Assembly (NCBI GenBank): GCA_026770705.1
Contig: JANJGN010000052.1
Location: forward strand, 3,162,001 to 3,226,000
Direction: 5' to 3'
DNA: 64,000 nucleotides
Source of the DNA: Isurus oxyrinchus
Lineage: Eukaryota
A program made the translations under genes and the position numbers. Below, in pieces: positions 38,540 through 50,500 of this stretch (positions within the stretch are counted from its first letter, which is position 1; every line of letters begins with the position of its first letter). Below the pieces are notes generated by a model that saw nothing but the letters and a program-made list of their open reading frames with translations, had not been told where the DNA came from and did not search any database.

Positions 38540-41500
38540 CTAGAGAACACACAGAAAGAAATCATCACTGACTCTCCGCTTTCAATCTCTCACTCTGGCT
38601 GAACAATCAAGCTTCATATCACTGCAACATTTGCTGTAATATTGACCCATCCACTGGGATTCAATGTGGAATGAATGTTTTCATTGTAAACACTCTAAGA
38701 GTGGACAATCGGAACTTTCCCCTTAGCGTGGAACATTGGTGAGAATGGATCATTGTGCTGTTGGACTCCCTGTCCAATGTTTCTCTCCATCGCTGTGTAC
38801 AGGATTGTGCTGTAGAAAATTCTGGAAACGTTTAGTGCAGGGTGGAAATCCATCTCGGACGTGTGTGCGAATCGGGCAGGATCGAGATGGACTCCCCCAC
38901 GGAGTTACACCCCCCGCTTAATAAACAGTTCCAATCTTTACCCAGAGAGAGGGGAGAATGTGGAACTCACTCCCACAGGGAGTGGTTGAGGTGAACAGTA
39001 TCGATGTATTTAAGGGGCAGGAGGGTCGGTAACCAGAGGGACACAGATTGACCAACTGGAGGGGGAGATGAGGAGAATTTGTTTTGACAGAGCGAGTTGT
39101 TGTGATCTGGAAGGTGCTGCCTGAAAGGGCGGTGGAAGCAGATTCAATAGGAACTTTCAAAAGGGAAATTGGATAAACACTTGAAGGAAGAAGATGGGGG
39201 CAAAGTGGAGTGGTGGTTAGTGGATCTGATTGGATAGAACATTGAAAGACCTGGCACAGGCTCAATGGGCTGAATGGCCTCCTCCTGTGCTGTACCATTC
39301 TCTGCTTCCATGATCTCTCCCCCAGTTAGTAACCACTCCAGATCCCTCTTGAAGGCAACAGAGAAACAGCAACCACCACACCCACTGACAGCACATTCCC
39401 GAAGATCCCGACTCTCTGGGAAAAGATGAACTCCCCAACATCCAGCCTATTCCTGCTTCCTGGAGAGTGTAAACCCTTCCCAGAGCGCGGATGAACCTTT
39501 CAATAAACTGTATTATCAAATCTACCATTTGATATATAAGTTAATTTTGATGACCTTACAGCATGTGTAGCAAATTGTGAAGTGAAGTTGGCTGAAAAGC
39601 TGGGAGGTGCAAGGTTAAGCACCACAGTGCCACCACTGGTGGGAGGATGTAAAGACAGTGTGACGTTTACATAGGATGCCCCCATTATAAATAGGGTCAT
39701 TGGACATGATGGCAAAACTGAACACTGGAAAGGTGAGAAAATGAAGTAAGCTTTTCACTAACAGGAAATCCCTTCCTAAACTTCCTTATCGCTCCCTTTC
39801 TCTCAGATACACAAAAAATTTGACACAGGGCATTATAAGGAGGAGTTAGGACAGGCAAGAGTGAGGGATTAGGAAGCTTCTTAAAGGAGGGGAGAGATAC
39901 ACGGAGAGGTGGGGAGTATCTGTTGGAATCTTTGTGCATGTGAGTTTCTGGAATAGACTTTGTAATTTGGATATTCTTCGATAAATATGAATGGGAACAC
40001 AAATCCCAGAATCCAGGAGAACTCTCCAGTGCAGTACTGAGGGAGGTCAGGTAACTCACAGGGGAGTGTGTACTACTGTGTTAGTGTGTGAGTGTGTCTT
40101 TCTGTGTGCTCATGAGTGTGGGATTGTGTGTGTGCATGCACTTTGGGTCTGTACATTTGTGAGTGCTTGTGTGTGTGTGTGGGAGAGCATCTGAGTATAT
40201 GTGTTTGGAGATGAGAGAAATATTAAAGTCTGTGTACACTCACATTCCACAGTGATGGTTATGAACCCCTCCACTGCTCCATGTTCATTCTCTGCCACAC
40301 ACTGATATTCTCCAGTGTCCCTGGATGTAACATGAGGAATCACCAACCACAGCTCATTGTTGGAACTTGTTCTGTTCATTGGGACATTAAGATGTCGCCA
40401 CATCAGGTTAGAAGCTGGGGAGCTCTCGACAGAGCAGATTATCACTGCAGAATTCCACTCAATTATACTGATTGATGAAGCGTTAATCATATCTGGAGAA
40501 GTAATTGAGAGATTCCGTGGAGCGTCTAAAAACAAATACAGATCAGTTAACTTACACTGACTGTGAAGCACTTTGAAAGACACTGAGAATGTGAAAGGTG
40601 TGATGTCAATGTAGGTTCTTTCACCACATAGCCCGTAATCCAGGCAGACACTTCAGTTCAGTATTGAGGGCGTGCTGCACTGTCAGAGGGTCAGTACTGA
40701 GGGAGTGCTGCACTGTCAGAGAGTCAGTACTGAGGGCGTGCTGCACTGTCAGAGGGTCAGTACTGAGGGAGTGCTGCACTGTCAGAGGGTCAGTCCTGAG
40801 GGAGTGCTGCACTGTAGGAGGGACAGTACTGTGGGAGCACTGCACTGTAGGAGGGTTACTGCTGAGATAAAACTGCACAGTCAGAGCGTCAGTTCTGATT
40901 GACCAGTGCAATGTTGGAGGAGCACTACTGAGGGATCATTACACTATTAGAGAGTCAGTAATGAGGGAGTGCTGCACTGTAGAAGGGTCAGTGCTGAGGA
41001 GGCAAACATGCAGTTATGTGTGTACTATAGGCCTCCTGTGATAATGTGGAGTGCCAGGTACCTTTAAGAGAATACAAGTGGATAAACCATGTGACAGTAC
41101 TGACCAATCACTGGACAGTGTGGGCCACTGGTTAACTGTAAGTCTAGAGCTGGAGGTGGCTGTGGGAGCAGGCAAGGATTTAGTGCTCTGCCCTCTGTTA
41201 CAATAAATAATCAGCTTGTTCTAATGTCGGTCTCTCTTGGTTATTGATAGCGAGCATCAGCTAAGAATAACTCAACAGGTCTGGCAGCTTCGGGGGAGAA
41301 GAAAAGAGTTGATGTTTCGAGTCCTCATGACCCTTCGACAGAACTGAGGTCATGAGGACTCGAAACGTCAACACTTTTCTTAGTGCAAGATGGAAATCCA
41401 TCTCGGACGCGTGTGCGAATCGGGCAGGATCGAGATGGACTCCCCCACGGACTTACACCCCCCGCTTAATAAACAGTTCCAATCTTTACCCAGAGAGAGG

Positions 41501-44500
41501 GGAGAATGTGGAACTCGCTCCCACAGGGAGTGGTTGAGGTGAGTAGTAGCAAATTGGGAAGTGAAATTGCTTGAAAATCTGGGAGATGCAAGGGTTAAGT
41601 GCTACCGTGCCACCACTGGTAGGAGAGTGTAACTACAGCGTGATGTTTACATAGGCAATCCCCATGATGAACTGGGACATTGGACATCATGTGCAAAATG
41701 GGCTCTGGAAAGGTGGGAACATGATGTAAGCTTTTCACCAACAGGAATTCCCTTCCTAAACCTCTCCACCTCTCTCTTACTCTCAGATACTCAAACAATA
41801 TTTCACACAGATTCACAGAAGGAGGAGTTGGGACAGATGCCTGGTCAAAGGGTTTGGTTTGAAGAAGATTCTTCAAGGGAGAGAGAGAGTTGGAGAGGCA
41901 ATCAGTATCTGTAAGTATCTCTGTGCATCTGAGTGTCTAATAGAATTTGCAATTTCCATGTTCTTCCAGAAATATGAATGGGAACACAAATCCCAGAATC
42001 TACGTCAACTCTCCGATGCAGCACTGATGGAGGTCAGGTAACCCACGGGGGAGATGTGTTTGAGTGTGTTAGTTTGTGAGTGTGTCATTGTGTGTGCTCA
42101 TACATGTGGGATTGTGTGTCTGCAGGTGTCTATTTAGGTCTGTATATTTGTGTGTGTTTGTGTCATGATTCAATCTGAGAGAGATGTTGAAGTCTGTGTA
42201 CACTCACGTTCCACAGTGATGGTTATGAGCCCATCCACTGGTCCATGTTCATTCTCTGCCACACACTGATAGTCTCCAGTGTCCCCGGATGTAACGTAAG
42301 GAATCACCAACCACAGCTCATTGTTGGAACTTGTTCTGTTCATTGTGATATTCAGATGTCAGGGCAGGACTCAACAGACAGATCGCAGTTTTACCAACAG
42401 AAAGTGAACAACAATTTATACTTGATGGGAAGAGAGTGCTGATTGGTTGGCAAGTGGTCACTGATTGGAGGAGGTGTTGCCATGGAAAATAATGTGTGCG
42501 AGGTGTAAAGTTAAGACAGCTTGTCTCTTCATTCAGCAGTAATCAAATAAAGATCAGTTAATTTCTATCGACTGTGAAGCACTTTGAGAGGAATGAGAAT
42601 GTGGACACTGAGAACAGGCTGCACTGTCAGAGGGTCAGCGCTGAGGGAGTGCTGATGTAGAATGAAGGATATCTCAACTTACATTGCACAGTTAGTACGA
42701 GGGTCTGCTCCGATGAAACAGATGGATATCTCACTCTGCAGCTGAGAGTGTGTCCGTGGTGTTTGAGTGATGGGATCAGGGTCAGAACAGAAGTATAGGT
42801 CAGAGTGACACCATGCTGAGTTACAGTGTTTGAGACTGATCCAGGTACGTCAGTGGGAATGTCCCAGGTTAAGACAGGTGCTGCTGTTCCATTGCACGTT
42901 GTGTTGAAGGTGCAGCTTACATCCACACGCTTTCCTGCAATAATTTCAGCAGGGAATATCGTGGGTTTATCTGTGAAATCTAACAGACAGAGAATGGATC
43001 CTTTTAGAGAAATATAACGTGAAGCATCAGTTCAAATAGAAATCACAGTCCCACAAGAGAAAGCACTTTTACAAGGATGATATCAGAACTGAGAGGTTAC
43101 AACGATCAGGAGAGAATTTCCTGCTTTGAGACTTTGGTGTTTCTGTCTCTCAGCTTAATACACGTTCACTCCGAGACACTTGAACTGATAATAGTGGGTG
43201 AGGGTGGTGGAGCAGACCAGAGTTTGGAGTGCACTACCCCATCAGTCCCTCAGCAATCTGGGCCATTTATTACTTTGCAATTTGTGGGAGATTGCTGTGC
43301 ACAAATTGGCTGCTGTGTTTCCCACTTTACAACAGTAACTACAATTCAGGAATCAGCTCATTGGCTGTGAAGTGATTTGGTCCATGCTGAGATGGTGAAA
43401 TGTGCTATAGAAATGTGAATATTTCTTCTATCGATATGTCAGACTTCGAGACAGGATTAGAGAGATCGGTGCGAGTGGATAACCTGATAACACTGATGGA
43501 CACAGTCAATACATTTAATCATTGATATTAAAGTGAGTATTAGATGTTGCTTTAGGACTGAACTGGAAGCTATCACCAGGTTATTGAGAATCAGACAGTG
43601 TGTTATAATAAGCTGTGTTTTGTGTTAATATGTAAACGGCACAGTTTGTGTTATTTCCCATTGAGTGTTGAATGTGAATTGTTGAGTAATTATAACACAG
43701 CACTTACCAGAAACATGAAGCTGGGTTACAGGATAGTAGCTGTATCTATTTCCGCTGTCAAATTCTATTCTGAAAAAATAAGGTCCTGCATCTCCCCATC
43801 TGATGTTGTTTATAATCAGGGAACAGTCGCCATCTTTCAGGTCTCCAGACAGCCGGGTCCGATGGTGGAAACGTGGTAACTCATGACTGTGATCCTTGGA
43901 GTGAAAGGCTATAGACGATGTTCTCCATTCCTCATTATTAAACCAGACTCCACCTCGCGGTTGGTTTTCCAGACACAATGGATAACTGTAATGACATGGA
44001 ATCTGTACACACGAACCTTTCTGAGCTGTCACCTCTCGTGGAGTGTCACCTTTCCACTCTTGTGAGGGTTCAGCTGGGGAGAGAAATATCAATATTTAAC
44101 TCTGGATGGTTTGTGGATCCACTGAACCCGATATTTACAGATGTGGCTGAATTTGGAGGATGGTCAATACTGAGGAGAATGGCAACAAATTATTTTGGCA
44201 GGAAGAATAGTAAAACAGAATATTATTAAAATGGAGAGAGGCTGCAGAATGCAGTACAGAGGGATCTGGGTGTCCTGGTACATGAATCACAGAAAGTCAG
44301 CATTCAGGAACACCACGGAATGAGGAAGGCAAGTGGAATGTTGGCCTTTATTGCAAAGGGATGGAGTATAAAAGGAGGGAAGTCTTGCAACAGCTGCACA
44401 GGGCGTTGGTGAGATTGTAACAGGATCATTGTGTACAGGCAGTTCAGAGAAACTTCACTGGGCTGATTCCTGGGATTAAAGGGTTTGTCCTGTGAGGAAA

Positions 44501-47500
44501 TGTTGAGCAGGTTGGGCCTGTATCCATTGGAGTTTAGAAGAATGAGTGGTGACCTTATTGAAACATATCCGATTCCGAGGGGGCTTGACAGGGTGGATGC
44601 TGGGAGGATGTTTCCCCCTCGTGGGGGAATCTAGAACCAGGGAGCACAGTTTCGGAATGAGGGCTTTCCCATTTAAGACTGAGATGAGGAGGAATTTCCT
44701 CTCTCAGAGGGGCACTAGCCTGTGGAATTCCCTTCCCCAGAGAGCAGTGGAGACTGGGCCATTGAATAAACTCAAGGCTGAGTGAGGCAGGTTTTTGATC
44801 GACAAGGGAGTCAAGGGTTTGGGGGACAGGCAGGAAAATGGAGTTAAGGCCACAACCAGATCAGCGAGAGCAGGCTCGAGGGGCCGAATGGCCTGCTCCT
44901 GTTCCTATTTCTTATGTTCCTACATTCATACCATCTTAAAATATTAAAGCTGCAGAATAAACATGCAAGTGAATGACCCGCTCGACCCACCTTCCATCTG
45001 GGGGTCCCATGGGGAGGACCCTTCCTGAGCCAGATCCACCAGCCAACATGGTCTAGATCCGTGCACAGGAGACACGGGTTGTGACAGGCCCCGTCTGTCC
45101 AATGGCTGGCTTTCAGCTGCCAAGGCCAGAGTAGTCCTTGCTAAAACTGGCTCAGGACAGGCCAGGACCCCTGTGCAGACCCCCTCCAGCGCTGCAGCCT
45201 CTGTACAAACCCCTCATGCGCTTGTGGAGAGACACAAACAAGGCTGCACATTACCCAGGAGAATCCCCTCTACGGACTAAGGGGCTGACTCATCACCTTA
45301 AACTCAGCAAATGAGGAGGCTCTCGCTCGGTATCGGGGCTTGGCATTCGCTCAATAAAAATAATCAAATGACATTTTGGTCAGAAATCTAAGGAGGTTGT
45401 ACATTCCCTCAAAAATAAGACTCGATCTGGGGTCGAGGGTCAAAGGGCAACAACTTATATTTACACAACAACTTTAACATGACCAATCACCCCAAGGTGC
45501 TACACAGGAGCGTCATAAAACAAAGTATGTCACCCAGACACATGTGGCGATATTAGCGACAGCTGACCAAAAGAGGTCGGTGTTATGGAGAGATAGAGAG
45601 AAAGAGACAAAGAGACAGAGAGAGAGAGAGATAGGGAGAGGATTTGGGTGGGAATTCCAGAGCTTAGGGTCCCAGGCAACAGAAGGCACGGCCGCCAATT
45701 TTGGAGCGATAGCATCTGGTGATGGTCAAGATTCCGGAATTGGAGGAGCGCAGTGATCTCGGGGGGTTGTAGGGGCTGTAGTTTGTACAGAGGCTGTAGT
45801 GAGGCTACAGAGGTAGGAAAGATTGGAGGGGCTGTAGGAGTTTACAGAGCCAGGGAGGGTTGTAGGGGCAGGATGGGGTTACAGAGATAGGGAAGGTTGG
45901 AGGGGCTGGCGGAACTTACAGTGAAAGGAAGGGTTGTTGGGGCAGGCTGGGGTTACAGATATAGGGAAGGTTGTTGGGTCTTGAGGAGCTTTGAGCGAAA
46001 AGGGGATTGTAGGGACTGTTGGACGTTAAAGGATAAGGGAGGCATTAGGGGCATGAGTAGGTTACAGAGACAGAGGGTTTGTAGGGACTGGAGAAATTTA
46101 CAGTGAAAGGGAGGCTTTAGGGGCAAAAGATAGTTACAGAGATAGGGAGGGTGGACGGGAATGGGAAATGTTATGGAGATAGGGGGTTTGTAGGTACAGG
46201 ATTGGGTTACAGAGATAGGGACGTTTGTTGTGGCTGGAGGAAGTTACAGAGATAGAGAATGCTGTAGGTACTGGAGGAGGTTATCAAGATAGGGAGGGAT
46301 GTAGGGACTGGAGGAGGTTATCGAGATAGGGAGGGCTGTAGGGATTGGAGGAGGTTACAGTGAGAAAGAGTGCTATAAGGACTGGGGGAGGTTATAGAGA
46401 TAGGGAGGGCTGTAGGAACTGTAGGAGGTTATAGAGATAGGGAGGGATGTAGGTACTGGAGGAGGTTATAGAGATAGGGAGGGCTGTAAGGACTGGGGGA
46501 GGTTATAGACATAGGGAGGTCTGTAGGGATTGGAGGAGGTTATAGAAATAGGGAGGGATGTAGGTACTGGAGGAGATTATAGAGATAGGGAGGGCTGTAG
46601 GGACTGGAGTTTATAGAGATAGGGAGGGTTGTAGGGACTGGAGGAGGATACATAGATAGAGATTGCTGTAGGGACTGGAAGGGGGTTTAGAGATAGGGTT
46701 TGTTGGAGTGGCTGGAGAATGGTGCAGAGAAAGGGAGGGTTGTTGGAGCTGGAGGAAGGTTCTGAGATAGGGGTGGTTTCTGGTCACTGAAAGAAGTTAC
46801 AGAGATAGGGAGGGTTGTAGGGGCTGGCGGAGGAGGAGGAGGAGATTACAGAGATAGTGAGGAAACAAAGATGAAAATTTGGACATTGAGACTTTGCTTG
46901 ACCAGGAGCCAGTCTCGGTCATCGAGCAGAGCGGGTGATAAGGGAATGGGACTTGGTGTGAGTAAGGACGTGGTCAGCAGTTTTGGATGGCCTCAAGTTT
47001 ATGGAGTGTAGACCGTGTGTTGGAACAGTCGAGTCTGGAGGTAATGAAGGCGTGGATGAGGGTTTCAGCAGCAGATGAGCTGAGACAGGGTGAAGTCGTA
47101 CGATGTTACGGAGGTGGAAATAGACGGTGTTAGTGAGGGCGCAGATATGAGGCCGGAAGCTCATCTCAGGATCAAATGGGACAACAAAGCTGTGAACAGA
47201 TTGGCTTCAATCTCAGAGAGCTGCCAGGGAGAGGAATGGAGTTGGTAGCGAGGGAACAGAGTTTGGAGTGGGGAATGAAGACAATGGCTTCAGTCTTTCC
47301 AATATTTAATTGGAGGGAATTTCTGCCCATCCAGTACTGGATGTCGGATAAGCAGCCTGATAATTTAGCAGCAGTGGAGGAGTCGAGAGAGGTGGTGGTG
47401 AGGTAGAGCTGGGGATCCTCAGTGGACAGGTGAAAACTAATACTGTTCAGATGATGCTGCAAAGCCATTGCAAGTGATTCTCTGGCTACGATGAGATGGA

Positions 47501-50500
47501 TAAGAATGGAGCCAGGGGAGAGCAGTCCCACCCAGCTGGACGACAGTGGAGAGGTGTTGGAGGAGGATGGTGTGGTCGAGCGGGTCAAAGGCTGCAGACA
47601 GATCGAGAAGGACGAGGAGGGAAAGTTGACCTTTGTCACAGTCACACAGGATGCCATTTGTGACCTTGATAAGAGCTGTTTCAGCACAGTGGCTGGGGTG
47701 GGAACCTGATTGGAGGGATTCAAACATGGAGTTCCGGGAAAGATGGGAACGGATTCGGGAGATGGAAACACGTTCAAGGACTTTGGAGGGGAAAGAGAGG
47801 CTGGAGATGGGACAGGGGTTTACACGGACAGTGTGAGGGGTGGAAGGTGTAGTGGGGAGGAGATACTTCACTCAGCGGGGAGGTGTCATCACCCCTCAGC
47901 TCGGTTTACGTTACAGCTATGATGTGGATTCAATCACACACAATAAGCTCATGGATCTGGGAGCAGAAATAGACAAATCATTAAAAATAGTGACGCTGGT
48001 TAACACGGCCAAAAAACAAGCAAATCAAACACTATTATTTCCCATTGAGTGTTGAATGTGAATTGTTGAGTAATTATAACACAGCACTTACCAGAAACGT
48101 GAAGCTGGGTTACAGGGTAATAGTTATGGCTCGGACCATTGCCAAATTTTATCGTGAAAAAATAAGGTCCTGCATCTTCCCGTCTGATGTTGTTTATAAT
48201 CAGGGAACAGTCACCATCTTTCAGGTCTCCAGACAGCCGGGTCTGATGGTGGAACCGTGGTAACTCGTGACTGTGATCCTTGGAGTGAAAGGCTATAGAC
48301 GATGTATGCCATTTGTCCCTTCTCATTTTCCAGATTCCAACACGTGTTTTCTCTAACAAATGTGATGGGTAATTGTAATTACATGGAATCTGTACACACG
48401 AACCTTTCTGTGCCGTCACCTCTCGTGGAGTGTCACCTTTCCACTCTTGTGACAGTCCAACTGGGGAGAGAAATATCAATATTTAACTCTGGATGGTTTG
48501 TAGATCCACTAGACTCGATATCCACCCCCTCCATCACTGGGGCACAGTGGCTGCAGTGTGGACCATCTACAGGACACACATGGAACTCCCCAATGTTTCA
48601 TAACGGATGGAAGAGAATCCTGGACACAGGAGTGGACAAGTTCATTCTACATTGGCTCATGGTCCTCAGGACCCTGTTTGTGCACAAGCCTGCTATCCAA
48701 CAGAACTGAAGTTGGGGAAAATCCATTTGGAATTCCACTGTCCAGGGCATTGTGTTAACTTGTTGAATTTGTTTTAAATCTAACATATAATTTTGGTCTG
48801 TTGCCTTAAATGGAGTGTAACTGGGAGTCAGGTTAATTAGGAATTTTAGGAGTTATTATAGCAGTCATTGTAGTCTTATGTATGTGCTTGAAATCTTTCA
48901 TTTTGATGACAAATATTTTAATTTATTGTTTTAAATCTCTGAAAGTTTGGTGGAGTCATTGCTTCTGAATTCAGTGCACACATCTCAAAATAAATACAAA
49001 TTGCAAAATCATTATGATAGTGTGACCAGGTTTCTCTCAGGGACTTGGTCTGCCTGGCACACCTCACCTGCCAAGTGATAACACTGTTATAATATGCCTT
49101 TCAGGGATAGCAGCATGACATCACTCGAGGGGAAGTGTGTCATGTGATTTTTAGGAACTGGGGTTGGCTTAAGTAAGTTCTATGTGTATTTCTGTGTGTT
49201 AGGCATAAGGTGTATCTTTAAGTTCAAGTTTAGTTTGTATTTCTGTATTTGGGTGTTGAGAAAAGGGGGAGCTTGAGCTAAAAAGAAGCCAGCATTCCAT
49301 TGAGGTTTTATGTCTCTTGCAGGAAGTCAAAACAAATACAAGGTGTAAGAAACTGTGCTGTTGCCTAGCAACAGTGATCCAGAGGGAAGGACCCACAGAG
49401 ACAGAGAAAAACAGAAAAGTACTTTCAGTTCTGTTGAAAGGAGTTGCCAGGAGAAGCAGCAAAGGAGCGGGACAGATAGTCAGTCCCAAAGTAAAGAAGA
49501 AGCCAAAACCATCGAGTGGAACAGGAGAAAGGGCCCAAGAAAACCTTCTAGTCAAATCTGGAAAAGGCCCTGTTAAGTGAAGTTAAGAGTGAGGAGCAGA
49601 AGAAGGCTTCAAGCTTAAAGGGAGAAAGCAGCAGGACACAGGCCTAAAGCAAAATAGGCTTGTGAGAAGCCAGAAGATCCTAGGAGACACCACAGGTTGG
49701 TGACTCATTACTACGGCCATGTGAAGCCATGGTGTTCCATTGACACGGCTGAGCATTGGAGAGACAGGGCGCGGAAGGAAGGCTGAATGCACGTGGCGAT
49801 CCAGGGGGCAGGAACATGGGAAGGAGAGTTTGAAATAGTGAAAGTGGACCCTTGTGGAAGGTGTCTGAGTGAAAGTGTCATGTTGGAGAAGATTCCAAAG
49901 AGAGCACTTGGCTCTCTTTGAGATTGGAAACCCTCATATGGATATCTCAGTTCAGTGTGACTGGTTGGCTCACAGTGTAACAAGCGTCTGGGGTCAGATG
50001 AGGAGGGAGACATAGCATTTGTTTCAAGTGGGTTCTGTCACTTGATTTTAGAATGTGGTGTCCCTGACCACAGGTCGTCTATTGGTTTACATGGACTGTG
50101 TACTTAGTGTGAACATGATAGTATAAGATAGCTATTGTAACTTGCGTGATCTTTATGAATCTGTATATATCTGTAAATGTATAGGTCTGGGTGAAGGAGA
50201 AATGTCATATAGTTTGTCTTTCCTAGTTTAGTAAATGTTTTATTCTTTAGTTAGAAGTTCATCAGATGACTCCTGTGACTCTGTTCAGTAGCTGCACTCC
50301 TCATTCCTAAATAAAAAATAAAAGTTAGGACCTATCAAGCTGAGCTCCACCCTGGGATCTGACTTGCCCAGTAGTAACATCAGCTGGGATGATAACACCA
50401 TCCAGTCCAAGTTTCACTTTGGCCTGTGAGCAGAACACAGCTCACACACTTTGGCTGCAGGTGTCTCCCAGCTTTCTATCCTTGTATATCTGTTCTCATG

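Noticed and set aside
38356-38568. 70-aa minus-strand ORF in the track
   Set aside because: Wrong frame; the phase-1 spliced frame gives the hydrophobic TM
38660-38810. Possible alternative terminal exon for a secreted gene C form (ttttctacag acceptor, open about 50 codons)
   Set aside because: No recognisable motif, paralog or other support
683-48460. V exons as rearranging Ig, TCR or IgNAR segments
   Set aside because: Each V is complete through the G strand and ends in a splice donor; I saw no heptamer-spacer-nonamer signal; the Cys pattern is Siglec-type with no F-strand YxC
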